Numbered from the stretch's first letter, positions 25,380-38,780 are shown. The stretch: 64,000 nucleotides of DNA from the human T2T-CHM13v2.0 reference genome, Homo sapiens (GCF_009914755.1 NC_060927.1), one strand, 5' to 3'. Made by a program: numbers and translations. The notes: a model not told the origin generated them from the sequence alone.

Positions 25380-26040
25380 TTCATAGAGTGGAAAAAGCAA
25401 CCTAAAATTTCTTCAAGTTAGGTTTAAAACATAGCATAAATCTGAATTCCATAATGCTTTACATCAGATGGAAGAAAGTAGCTATCTCTAAAATATTCTC
25501 ACACTCTTATTCATAACAAGTGAATAATTTCATCAGAGTGAAATCATCACTTGGAATGACAAACATTTTAAATGGAAGAATGTTAGTTTCAACAGACTTT
25601 GTTTCTAATTCTGTCTGCCTATACATCTACAAACATTTGTGTGGCTGTCCTAGTTTATGTTGAATGCCATGATATATTGCTGAAAGTGGTCAAACTTATC
25701 CATTTCCTACACTTTTATAATCCACAGTTTAAAGAATATTTCAGCCGACACTGCTGTCTCAGTAGCCCCTGGTGCAACACAAGCCTGATATTTTCTAATC
25801 CGAGGTTATTTTTCAGGTCATCAATTCTATTTTCAAACATCTGACAGACTCTGGTGTTCTTAATTAGAATGGTGTCACATCCATCGATCATTATCTTTAT
25901 GACTTCAATTTTCTCCTCAACTTGTAACAAGTTCTGATTCAGGCTTTCATGGACCTTGTGTGTTGCTTTCTGAATCACATCTCCTAGCACTTGCTAAGCC
26001 AGTCTGACATCATTTGATAAGTAAAATAAGTATTCTCAGA
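25380..26040 (-). mobile_element. Ancient L1-clade ORF1-like relic (copy 1)
   Basis: 91 open codons with coiled-coil character ending FENRIDDLKNNLGLENIRLV, followed after a frameshift by APGATETAVSAEIFFKLWIIKV*EMD. This resembles the ORF1p coiled-coil/RRM junction (DDLENRSRRNNIRIVGIPEG..E....FF..W). Confidence 0.55.
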
Positions 26041-26964
26041 TGTGAAATCAAAAATAGAGTTTACCACCAAGGAAGGGACCTTGAAACCAAAGTGCAATTT
26101 CTGATGTTTCTCTTTCTCTCCTCTTCTCTGTTTCTCTCTCTCTCTCTTTTTTCTACATAATGCTACATAGTTATACCAATATTAAAAATCATATACCAAT
26201 AAAACAAAATATAGATGTAAATAAAGTTACATTTCCGTATCTTTTTATTGGTAATCTTTAATGATATAGGAAACATAAATATGTGACCTTTGTAAATACA
26301 GCCCTCTTAGATAGAGCCGTAGATGACAATACAGGAGAAAGGACCACAAAGTTTAGTTAGCTGCATTTTTTCCAGGTTGATGCTATAAGATTACTTCTTA
26401 TAATCTTGGCTCTCCTTTCCAATCTTTCTACCACATTTGACAATTTATACTGGTTTAGCAGACATTAGTGCCTTCAAAGTCTCTTCAAAATGTCACCCTT
26501 GTCTGTTTATTCATGTGTTATAACTTGGCTGGAGTATCTTCTTTCCTTCTCATTTCTACTTCTTCACATTAGATTAGCCCAGCCCATGTACAATAATTTA
26601 CCATAAAACTGTTTTTTTCAAAAATATCATCATGCAGTGATATTTTTTTCCTAATGTTAGGACAAATCTAATTAATTATTTAACTTTTTTCAATTAATTA
26701 GTTAGTTAATTATGTCACATATTTGTCTCTTCAACACAAATTTGGGTTGAGTTGATTAACCTTTGTACTTTCAGATCTCTTTTGCAATTTTCTCCTGAGG
26801 GAGCTAAAAAAAAAAAAAAACTCTTCCATCCAATGACACCCGTTGAGTTGATTGTCCCAATTTATTTTCTTGCCACATAGAGAAAGATCTTAAATTAGAA
26901 TTTGTTTTGTCCTCATTATTAGCACTTGTCAAGCTTTTTCGTAAACATTTCTACCTTTCTCTTA

Positions 26965-27480
26965 GTCTGGATTCTTTCAGTTGCAAGTAATAGAAAACAC
27001 AATAAGACTAGCTCAAAGAATTTATATATCCATAATGTTGCAGCCAATGATACAGGCTAGTTCTCAGAATGAAAAGGAGATCTAAGGCCTTAGATACTGA
27101 ATATGAAGAGTCAGTGTTTCGTGGATTTTTTCTGTATGTGTCTGTGTCCTTCTCTGCATCTCCTCCCTACACTGGCCTTTATCTCCAGATCAGCAAAGCT
27201 CTAGGTATGTAGTGAGGATCATAGCTAACCAAACCACCAACTTAGCAACTCTGGCAATGAGCCTGTCCCTCATGGGACTAACAAAGAGTAATCCAGGAAA
27301 GGCATTTGATTGGCCCTGTTTTCATTTCTATACTCACATCTTGGATCAATCACAGCTGCTTGGGTTGAAAAATTACTGGTTTGAACCATATGTGATTCCT
27401 GTTTCTGTAGGTTCAAAATGGTCAAATACAGGCAGTTTCAGATGGTTCAACCGGAAGAGGGTCAGGCCCAAGTCACATGC
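26965..27480 (-). mobile_element. Old MLT1-like LTR
   Basis: ttagtctggattctttcagttgcaagtaatagaaaac...aggcatttgattggccctg...ggatcaatcacagctg. Confidence 0.55.
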
Positions 27481-27639
27481 TACCCGTGCCATAAGATAGT
27501 CTTCTACTATGATGTGAAGAAGGGAGTGAGAAAACTGCCAGCCAACTGAAAAAATTAGCTATTATAGTTACAATAAAATCTTTTTTTTTAAACTTAAAGC
27601 TAATAACATTGACTTTATTACATGAGGATTTGACCCATG

Positions 27640-28110
<471 letters not shown>

Positions 28111-28321
28111 TATGCTAAATCTAATGGCAGTTCATACCCAATTCTCAAGTAATTGAGGGCCACATTCTGAAATGTTTCCTATCTTTATCTTCTTGCACAA
28201 AGCCAGTATCCTATATTAAAAGGTGAATGTTTTTTCACTTGGGATCCTGTAATGAAAGATATTTCAAAAGTCTTTTAAGTAACTCATAGGTATGAGACTG
28301 ATATTATTTCCTTGGAGTTTC

Positions 28322-28707
<386 letters not shown>

Positions 28708-28858
28708 TGAACAAGCCATGTGAAATTTCCAGTATCCAACGATTTTTGGCTTACAGAAATGGCAATTTCCTGTCATTCCAACTGTAGTTGATATATGGTT
28801 TTTTATGTAGGTCTGAAATCCCTACCCAGATGTAGCTTAAGTCATTTGTTTTTATCAC

Positions 28859-29170
28859 TTTTTTTTTTTCCCCCGAGATGGAATCTTGCTCTGTCACCCA
28901 GGCTGGAGTGCAGTGACGTAATCTTGCTCTGTCACCCAGGCTGGAGTGCAGTGACGTAATCTCCGCTCACTGCAACCTCCACCTCCCAGTTTCAGCCTCT
29001 CCAGTAGCTGGGATTACAGGCATGCACCATCATGCCCAGCTAATTTTTGTATTTTTAGTAGAGATGGGGTTTCACCATGTTGCCCAGGCTGATCTCACTG
29101 ACCTCAGGTGATCCACCAGCCTCAGCCTCCCAAAGTTCTGGGATTACAGGCGTGAGCCACTGCACCTGGT
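28859..29170 (-). mobile_element. AluS with a 38-bp internal duplication and small deletions
   Basis: atcttgctctgtcacccaggctggagtgcagtgacgta x2 (28883-28958). Confidence 0.95.
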
Positions 29171-30029
29171 GACAAAGGATGATTTTTTTAGTCCAGTGTA
29201 GATATGGGTGTGAGATTATATTGTGATTCCCAGAACTCTCTAAGACAACAGAGGCCATGCCAATTTTGTTCATTGTTTTGTCCCCAACACCTAACACAAA
29301 AGTTGGAACAAAATAGGCAGTTAATATAATAATTAGGTAGATGAAAAATAAATATACGTAGATGTTTGAATGCATTTTTATGTAATTCTCCTGATTAAAA
29401 ACCATACCCTAAGTATATGAAAAATTACATTAATTAGGTGCATGATATTTCTCTGATGTCTTTGGTGAACAAGTTGTGAGATAATACACCTGAAATTAAA
29501 TGCTATCTGTGGAAAAAATAACAAAACTTAAAAGTGAATGAAGAACCTATTGATATCTACATTTTGAATCTTAGGAAACTGAGAATTAAAGCAGTTAAAT
29601 AACTTGCTTAAGGGCCCACAACCAGCTAGTAAAGAAGAAAGGACTAAAACTCAGGACTTGTAAATCCTCCTCCAATAGTCTTTCCATATTTTAATTAAAA
29701 GAGAATATTGCCTTTTGGGACTTCATTCTACTATGTTAAAAGCAATCCTCTAAGTGGACTGCACTGAACTAAGTGTAATACATCAAGTCAGAGGGTACTC
29801 TGGGATATATTTTTATTGAAAAGTTTGTAAAATGTTTCTTAATATCCATTTTAGAAAGGACCTCAGACTTTTCATTACTTCTCTACACCAAGTAACATTG
29901 AAGAAGGCAGGGTATGTTTTGACCTTGAATATTTTTTATCTTGAATGTTTTTTATAAGTTTAAGTTATTAGCTTATTTTTTATTTGATTCTAGATATACA
30001 CATTAATTAAAACTTTGTATTGATTCTTT

Positions 30030-30440
30030 CACTTATCCACTGTGTATTGAGGACCTACTGTGTCACAAAGCAACACTAGTGCTGGAGCTACAAAGGTGCA
30101 CAAGACATCGTAATTCTTTGCAATTTGAAGCTTAGAGCCTTGTGAAAGAGACAGACAAAAAATAGAAGACCAATGAATATATATAAATATGCATATTTTG
30201 TATTATGAGAAGTCCCCTTAAGAAAATTGAGTGGTTGCTAAGACAAAGAATGATGAGGGGTGTAATGAACACAGGGTAACCAATTTAAATGGATAGGTAA
30301 GGAATCTGTCTTCTAAGGAGGTTACATATAGCCTGAGGCTGGAATGATGAGAAGGAAATATTTAGAGATTGAAGAGAAGGCATTCTTGTGAAAAGAGGCC
30401 AGAATGGCTGGCTGGAGTGCTTGAGCATGAAGGGTGCAGA
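30030..30440 (-). mobile_element. L2 3' region
   Basis: tattgaggacctactgtgtc...gagcttgtgaaagagacagac-like...ctaaggaggttacat..gaatgatgagaagga. Confidence 0.7.
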
Positions 30441-30599
30441 TAGAACAGCTTACTTATTGAGGGCAGGGCTTAGGCTTGGTTTACCAAGAAAATCTCTCTT
30501 TCTCTTTCTTCGTTCTTTTCTATTGTCTGATCTGTGTTTGAAGAGACAGTTCATAGAGGCAGTCTCTCTTGGGCCTTTTGTTCTTCTGTACATCTGGCT

Positions 30600-31325
30600 G
30601 GCTGTGTAGTGGCTGCAAGCTCTTACCCAGACAATTTATCAGGAATTTTTATCCAACTGTTAACCTTAACCTTGAGAGATGAGGTTACGTCTTGTATGGA
30701 CAAGAGCAGGTTTGCTTACTGTTATGGGCTAAATGTTCACGTACTTCCAAAATCTGTATGTTGAAAACTTCACTCCCAGTGTGATAGTATTAGGGGGCGG
30801 GGCCGCTGGGAGATGATGGCGTCATGAAAGTGGAATCCTTTTGAATGAGAGACCCAAGGGAGCTCTGTCACCTCTTTGGCTATGTGAGGACACAGTAAGA
30901 AGATGACCATCTTTGAATTCAGGGCTCTACCAGACATAGAATCTGCTGGTGCTTTGATCTTGGATTCCCAAACTCCAGAAATGTGAGAGATATTGTTTAA
31001 GCTACCAGTCTATGATATTTTTGTTGTACTAGCTCCAATGGACTAAGACACTTACTGTTTGCTATATGAGTTGTGGGTTCCCCAAGCTCAGTGTTTTTCA
31101 CTGCAGTACAAACCCACTGTGTGTATAACACTCAACACATTGCCCTCTCCATGGAATGTGGGGGCAAGGGTAACTCATATAAATATGTGAATACTCATGT
31201 TGCTTGCTGTGCTATGAGTAACAGTCTGTGTCTGACCCAGGAGTCTCAAGTCTTAGGCAGCATCCTTGAAAAGTACAGGGCCACACTAGCTTACAAGTAG
31301 TGTAAAATTTAAATTCCAGGCCTGA
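30600..31325 (+). mobile_element. ERVL LTR (MER54/73/74-like) interrupted by MLT1A
   Basis: 3' end gctgtgctatgagtaa..tctgacccaggagtctc..cagcatcc..ctagcttacaagtag.gtaaaat; 5' boundary uncertain. Confidence 0.6.
30720..31050 (+). mobile_element. MLT1A-type MaLR solo LTR
   Basis: TG...CA termini (tgttatgggctaaatg / gactaagaca) with a perfect 5-bp TSD, CTTAC. Confidence 0.92.
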
Positions 31326-31683
31326 TAATATGTTTGTTAATTCCTTAATAATTCAGGTGAAATAACAGAAAAGACAAGACTTTGCCTTTTAAAGAGTTTC
31401 AGCAACAGATTTGATTGAATACGGTCACGTTAACTTTAAGTATGATTTTTAATGAGGAAGAACATATGAGAATATTATTAATGTTTAGTTACCATCTGTG
31501 AATAAGTATAAAAATATCATTTTATTATTTCCACAGGAATAATTATATATTATTTTTAGAAAAAAGAATTTCTATTCGTTGTAAGTGAAGTTTCACCTTG
31601 AATTTATGTTGAATACAAATGGACAAACACTTTAATTTTGTTATGCACAACTGGGAAATCTTTCCCCATTTTGTCGAAGTATT

Positions 31684-31731
31684 ATATTGGTGCAAAAGTA
31701 ATTGTGGTTTTTGCAATTAAAAGGAATTAAT
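31684..31731. mobile_element. MADE1 (Hsmar1 MITE) fragment
   Basis: ttggtgcaaaagtaattgtggtttttgcaatt, the MADE1 terminal inverted repeat. Confidence 0.75.
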
Positions 31732-33467
31732 ATCTGTACCATAGATACATTTTTCTTATGACATTCTGATTTCTACAGTTTTTATTTAATTTTCATGATA
31801 ATATATATTAAAATACATAGATGCCTTAGGATTCTGTCATTAGTGCAAAAGACCGGACGTTATGCTATTGTGTTTATTTTAAAAGGTGTCATTTTAAAAA
31901 CTTGTGTTGAACTCTCAAAAATTCTCCAAGACTCAAACTGCAAGGGAATAAGTAGTTTATTCAGGTCTTTGCAATAGGAAAAACGCTCAAATGGAGTGTC
32001 TCCTTGAACCTTGGAGATCAGAGGGTTTTACAGGTGATTGAAATAAAAGCAGCAAAATGCCTGCTGCAAGTTTGGTGGGCTCAAGTCAAGCAGGTGCTTG
32101 AATGGTGCAGAAAGGAGAGACTGTTCTTTGTGATTTGGCCCAAATCAGCACATCATATCCTGATCTTGAAATTTTTTACTAAAAGATGGAAATTAGAAAG
32201 AGGTGGTTTGTCTATTGATATAAAATTATATTTGAGTTATTTTATCCCAAAATATTCACTTGTGTTCAAGTTTCTTTTGAAGGTTGACTAAAGGACCAAC
32301 ATCATTTTTCTTAAAATGTATCACTTAGTATTACAGATGTTGTAGCCAGATTGTCAATAAACTTATCTTAAAAGTAAACTAAACTCAGAAACCATAGATG
32401 AGCAGATAAAAATTAAATTACATTTTAAAAAAAGTAAACTAAACTTCTAGATAAATGTAGTTATTTCATATTCGACAAGATATGTTTTGAACCTTTCCTT
32501 GTGAATTTTACATCAGTGAATATTTCACTGATTAACTGAAACAGTGATTTATTCTACTTCAAATTTATAGTTTAAATATAATCATCTCATTACTGGTAAC
32601 AGATCACCTTAAGAGCAGTTACAGCTAGAATATTTCCTCACAATCTGGAATGAAACGTTGAATACAACTTTCGGTTCTATCTCCCTTTATCATGCTGCAA
32701 TGAAACTGCAGGTTAATTTACTTCCCATCTGCCTTTATTTCTTATTCTGTCGATCTTATACGTTTTTCTTTTTCACTTCCATGGGAACATATTCTTTCTA
32801 TTTCAAACCCCTTTCTTTTTTCCACTTGCATAATTAGACTAGTGATTTTCAGTAAAACATCACATTAAAGGGCCATAGTTTCATTAATATAATGCAAACT
32901 CTATCTTTCTCTCTTCCAATTACTCAGCTAATTTTGTAATTTGAATTTTTGTTTTACAGCAACTTTTTTTTCTTTTTCTTTTATAGTAGAACAGCACTTT
33001 GAAACTTCTGAAAAAGCAAATACTGCCCGGACTGTGTGAATTAGTCATTCTAAATGGTATTCATATAACCTAGGCATATTTTTCCAATAATGGAGCTATT
33101 AATACCTTTGCCTCCCTTTAGACTGTCAATACTAACTAGGATATGATACAATGATATCTGCATCTAAGTCTATTCTAGGAGACAATCAATTTAACAACAT
33201 TTTTAAAAAATTTCAATTGGAGATATTATCAATTGGAAGAAAACTTGCTGATGGGATGTGTGCTGAGTTTAGATCACATTTCAACCAACCTCTGTCAAAC
33301 TGTAGGGAGGATAAAGACATAGGTTTATGGTCAGTCCCACCTGGTGACTCTAATCTTGATTCCTTATTGCCTGGATCTGTAAGCTTGGGCAAATATCTAA
33401 GCCTCATTTTCTTATTTTAAAAAATGGGGATCATGATACCTAAATTAAATAGTTGTTTTTAAGAATA

Positions 33468-33470
<3 letters not shown>

Positions 33471-33502
<32 letters not shown>
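33471..33502 (+). repeat. (AC)16 microsatellite
   Basis: Direct read. Confidence 0.95.
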
Positions 33503-33505
<3 letters not shown>

Positions 33506-33707
33506 CCCTGACTTAACAATGGTTCAATTTAAAATTTTTTAACTTTACGATGATGCAAAAGCAATACACATTCGGCACACTCCTTGACTTAACAATGGAG
33601 TTACCTCTGGATAAACCCATCCTATACTGAAAACAAGCCAATTTAATGATGTTTTCCATTTTGAATGGGTTTATCTGGATATAAGCCCATGTAATTTGAG
33701 GGATATC
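33502..33707. mobile_element. MER47/Tigger5-derived MITE
   Basis: gacttaacaatggttcaattt..tttacgatgatgcaaaagc; ggataaacccatc / atgggtttatc inverted ends. Confidence 0.7.
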
Positions 33708-33741
33708 TATCTATCTATCTATCTATCTGTCTATCTATCTG

Positions 33742-33773
<32 letters not shown>
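33706..33773 (+). repeat. Compound STR (TCTA)5 TCTG (TCTA)2 TCTG (TCTA)8
   Basis: Direct read. Confidence 0.95.
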
Positions 33774-34727
33774 AATCTACATTTAAATATCTGTAATGTA
33801 ATAATTGCATAATAAACTTTATTGCTTTATTATTACTATTACTAATGCAGTAATGCCGAGCAACTGGAGAGTGACTATTCACTGACTAACCTCGAATGCA
33901 TGTGTTGGAATGGTAGGACAATTAGTGTCTACATATTACACACACAATGTTTTAATTATCCTGTATAAGCCATAATATTTAATAATAAATCTCAAAAAAT
34001 GTGTTATTTTGGCCTCAGTTTACATTGCTGGAGCGTATGGATTGTGAACTTTGACATTTTAAATTTATTCATCTTAGTGCATCAGATACTTTTAGCCTTT
34101 TTTAAAATTGTATTAAGTAATCCTTGTTTTGCTTTACTTTAAACCTGACATCAGTGCCTAAAAACAACCCATACATTGTTGACATTATTATATTACACAG
34201 ATAAGGAAAAGCTTATATTCTTCCTTTTTTTTTTACAATTTATGTTTCATCTGCCTATTTTCAAGTATTATATTGCTATAAAGTGATTCCTGCAAGTTTT
34301 AATTAAAGACTACATAATGAGAGTGGCAACATGAAATCATGAGAAAAGGGCATAAATTGCAGTTGGAATCTTGGAATCACACTCTTTCTTTGCTGTCTGG
34401 TCATGAGGTCTTGAATTAGTTATTCACACTTGAGGAATGTTGGTTTCCTCATTTCATTTAGTACCTGAGAATGGTGTTAAATGAATACCATACCCAAAAG
34501 ATTATAGTGAAGGTTAAAGGGAGAAAAATGTTGTAAATAATAGAATATATAAATGTCTATTGCAGCTTTGAGAATGACCCAAATCCAAGCAATACATACT
34601 AAATTTGCTGGTAAAAATGTGACATTTTTGTTTGTTTTTAAAGTAAACGCTTTGTGACTCTATGTTTGTTATATATCTGTTATTTTGTGTATCTATATTT
34701 GTTAGCCACTTTTATTAATTTTTTATG

Positions 34728-35289
34728 TGTTACTGACAAAGCTGGTCCCCTCCAAAAACAGGGTCTTTCCCTGTTCAGTGCTGCAAAGCCAATACACAAA
34801 ACCAAAAGTGAGCATCTATTAATGCAGGCTTAATTCTATGACCATAGAATTGAGAAGCAGCAGTTGGGTTCACAAATCAACTTCTCAGCTCCTGAGAGCC
34901 AGGAAGCCACAGATATAGGGCATCTTTAAAGAAGAGGCTCATCATTAAAAGCAAGAGGAGGAATATTCATGTCTTTCTGGGAATGAGAGGGGAACTCCTC
35001 GAAACCTTTCTTTTTGTCTTTTTATGGTTTCTTCACGTCATTGTCATGGTGATTATCAACTGTCATGGCACTGGTGGGAGTGCCATTTAGCATCGAAATT
35101 AGATTATGATGAAGTTAGAGGATTCTTCAGAGGTCAAGTGAGCTGCCATCTTGAATCCCACCAGTCTTAGCCAGTTTGGGCATGATGGGGAACTTTTGGC
35201 CTCAGGCATACTGCTTCCCAAAGATAAGCAGAATTAAGGTGGTGTAGAAATTCACCTATATGAATACACAGGCATTTTGGTTTGTGACA
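34728..35289 (-). mobile_element. ERV1 (MER4-group/LTR8-related) solo LTR
   Basis: tgttactg...gtgaca termini; tgtcatggcactggtgggagtg...cagaggtca..gccatcttg motifs. Confidence 0.65.
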
Positions 35290-35313
35290 TAAGTTTTGCC
35301 TTATAAGAATAAT

Positions 35314-35485
35314 TATTTTTATTTTTAGAGATCGGGTCTCATCTCATTCTGTAGCCCAGGCTGGAATGTGGTGGCATGGTCACAGCTCCCTGTACCCTCA
35401 AATTCCTGGGCTCAAGTGATCCTCTCACCTCAGCCTCCCAGTTTAGCTAGGAGTATGGGTGAGAGATACCACACCTGGCTAATGA
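35314..35485 (-). mobile_element. Alu monomer (FRAM / AluJ right arm)
   Basis: gcccaggctggaatgtggtggcatggtcacagctc...ctgggctcaagtgatcct. Confidence 0.85.
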
Positions 35486-35504
35486 TAATTTTTAAAGTGA
35501 AAAA

Positions 35505-36228
35505 TTAGTATCTCACACCCATTATGATAGCTATTGGAAAAAAAAAAGAAAATAACAAGTACTGGTAAGGATATTGAGAAATTGAAACCCTTTTGCACTA
35601 TTGGTGGGAATGTAAAATGGTGCCACTGGTATGAAAAACAGAATGGCGTTTTTCAAATAATTAAAAATAGAATTTTCATAGGACCCAGCAATTCCACTTC
35701 TGGGTATATATCCAAAAGAATTGAAAACAGAATCTCAAAGTGATATTTGTACACCTATATTCATAGCAACATTATTCACAATAGCCAAAATATGGAAGCA
35801 ACCCAAGTGTTCCTGGACAAATGAATGCATAAACAAAATGAAGTAAGTACATAAAACAGAATATTATTCAGCCTTAAAAAGGAAGGAAATTTTGACAGAT
35901 GCTGTACCATGGGTAAATCTTGAGAACATTATGCTAAGTGAAATAAGCCCATCACAAAATGACAAATACTGTTCGATTCCACTTATATGAAGTAAAGTAG
36001 TCAAATTAATAGAGATAAAAAGTAGAATGGAGGTTGCCAGGGTCTGAGCAAAGAGGGGAATGAGGAGGTGTTGTTTAATGAGAATAGTATTTTAATGTTT
36101 TGCAAGATGGAAAGAGTTCTGGAGATTGGCCGCACAACAATGTGAAGGTATTTAATGCTGCTGAAATATGCAATTAAAAATGGTTAAGATGGTAAATTTA
36201 TGTTATACGTATTTTACCACAATTTTTA
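35505..36228 (+). mobile_element. L1MB-type 3' end (ORF2 C-terminus and 3'UTR)
   Basis: gacccagcaattccacttctgggtatatatccaaaagaa...ttaaaaatggttaagatggtaaatttatgttat..ttttaccacaat. Confidence 0.92.
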
Positions 36229-36469
36229 AAAGTCCAAAATTGGTGTTTGGCCATCCTAAAGCTAGTCAAAGCCTAATAGCACTAAAGAGTTCTGACAGGG
36301 GTGTTGGACAAAGCTTATTCCATTACTTACCTAAGGAATGATTACCTCCATAGTAAATAACTCTAAACTTGAGTTACTGCATCTATAAATTGGGTGGGAT
36401 TAATATATCTACTTCAACAGTGCTGTTTGCGGGCTTAAAATATATTGCTTTTAAAGCATAGCAATGCAT

Positions 36470-36842
36470 TTGTATTCGTTTGCTAGGGCTGTCATAGCAA
36501 ATTATCACAGAGTGGGTGACTTTAAAAAAATAAATCTATTTTCTCAGAGTTCTGGGGGCTAGAAGTTCAAGAGCAAAGTGTTGGCAGGTTTAGTTTCTCC
36601 TGAGGCCCCTCTCAGTGGCTTGCAGGCAGCCACCTTCTGACTGTGTTCACAAATGGTCTTTCCCAGGTATGCACATGCCTGTGTTCAAATTTTCTCTTAG
36701 AAAGACACCAGTCATGTTGAATTAGGACCCACACTAAATACTTTAATTTAATTACCTCTTTAAGGACCTTATCTCCATACACAGTTACATCCTCAGGTAC
36801 TGGGCACTAGGGCTTTAACATATGAATCTTAGGGACACAATT
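36470..36842 (-). mobile_element. MLT1B-like LTR, terminus truncated at the hairpin
   Basis: tgtattcgtttgctagggctgtcat...gacaccagtcatgttgaattagg...gggacacaatt, lacking the last ~12 nt. Confidence 0.88.
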
Positions 36843-36853
36843 TATTTAAAAAT

Positions 36854-36971
36854 AAATATACAGTTTACATTTATTCTACACTTAAGATGTATGAGAATCT
36901 TGTTATATACTTGTTATATACTGTTATATCTCATACATCTTAAGTGTAGAATAAATGTAAACTGTATATTT
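36854..36971. repeat. Perfect 43-bp inverted repeat with a 32-nt loop
   Basis: 36854-36896 is the exact reverse complement of 36929-36971. The loop holds about 3 copies of (c)ttgttatata. Confidence 0.97.
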
Positions 36972-37999
36972 TAGCTCCATGGATAAGTGTTTCTAGTAGG
37001 TATGTAAAATATATTTGTCATAATTCCGATGTTTTGAAAATAAAATGTGATGTGAATGAGGTCATTCATTCAGCAAATTTTGACTCATCAATTAGTTGAG
37101 TAGATGACTACCCACTATGAAAAAATAGGGATTAAAACATGGTTCATACTTTTAAGAAACTGAAAATAAAAGTCACTATTTTAATCATATTTACACAGCA
37201 CTCTACATTTTACAAGGTTCTTTTATACAGTGTCCTATTTAATGCTCACAAGAATCTTTTGAGGAAGATGTGGGCCTATGTGTTAAGGTTATATGTTTAT
37301 TTCTATCACACCTGGTTCTGGGATGAATTTTGAAGGTTTTAAAAATGAATCCACTGTATTATTTCAAAATAGACGTAATTGAGACAATCTTGGCAAAGGG
37401 AACTCAAGGGTGAAAACATACACAAAATGCATGCTGAGGAATCTGAATTCAGGGGGAAAAATAAGCACATGCCCCTAACATCCCCTTCTGTCCCACATCC
37501 CTTGAAATTTGAGAGAGGGAGAGGTGGGGACAGAGAGAGAGAGACAGAGAGAGAGAGAGATCCATAAAAGTTTTATACATAAGTGAAACATAAGAGAACA
37601 GAAACAAACTGACAGAGCAAAGAAAGTGACAGAAAAATAAGAACAAAGAAAAATAGTGCAGAATTCACAATGGGACCTAAGGCCTGTTTTCTGAGGGTGC
37701 TTCAGGCTCAGAGTCAGTGGAGTGGGGGGCAGAAAATTGAAGGTAACTTGAGTGATTAATTGGGTCCCTACATTTACGATGGTCGAGTTAGTGATCTCTG
37801 AGCCTTCCTTAGCCTGTGCTGTTTATTCAGGGCTGGAACGAGTCAGTGGGCCTTGTGTCAGACAGCTGGCCATTCCCAGGGGAACAGGATGTTCTCTCCA
37901 CAGCAGATAAGCTACTGGCACATCCAGTCCAGAGGCTTGTTGTGCTACTTTCCTCAAATGGCTGAGGCCGAGCTCCTGTAATTGTTATCAGCTTCTCAA

Positions 38000-38780
38000 T
38001 TTGCAATGTGAGTATTCAGCAGACAAGTATTGGAAGAAAATCGACACAATGGAAGAAAAGCACTAGAACTTGGGGGTTAAATTAAGAGAGGAATCAGAAG
38101 ATGCTTTAATGATCTCTGAGAGATCAAGGAGGATTAATATCCTAAGCACAAAAACAGGCTGGAAAAGCAACCTATTCAAGAACTTATAGTTCTTAAAAAA
38201 AAATCCTGTGAAATTAAAAAAAAAATACTAAATAGCAGAATGAACATAATTAAAGTGAAAATTAAAGAGCTGGAAAGGGAAGCCAAGAGATTTTCTGGAA
38301 ATGCAGTGCAAAGGACAAAAGAGGTAGAAAACAAGTATGAAAAGATATGAAGGATAAGAGGACTCATCTAGAGGCTTCAATGAGATGCAGATGGCAGGAG
38401 AGAAAATGAGGGAAAAATGTTCCATTTGACAGCAGGGTGAATGAAGCAAAAAGTACCCAGTTTTTCAACATCCCAGAGAAAGTATTCTAAGGATTAAAAA
38501 AAAAAAAAAAGAGTTTAAAAGGCAAACAGTGAGTAATAGAAACGGAACAAAGCAACACGAATTACCTACAAAGAAATGAAAATTTAAAGGGCATCAAGGT
38601 TGTTTTCAGTAACAACAAATATAAGACAGCAATAAGAGAAGAATTTTCAATCCAGAATATTCTCTAAACCAAATTAAGATTCAAGCGTATGATCAAACAA
38701 AACATATTTTATCATGGAAGGAGTCAGAATTTTAATACACAGTGTTTGTCTGGAAGAATGACTCCAGGATATGTAGCGGC
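38000..38780 (+). mobile_element. HAL1/L1ME ORF1-region relic
   Basis: A-rich ORF1-like signature (aaatagcagaatgaaca..aaaattaaagagctggaa..caaaagaggtagaaaa..ttttcaatccagaatattct..ccaaatt). Confidence 0.6.

Noticed and set aside
25715-25990. Functional L1TD1-like protein-coding gene
   Set aside because: GTG start, frameshift and stop immediately downstream, the conserved RR motif lost, and no clear splice signals. Treated as a relic.
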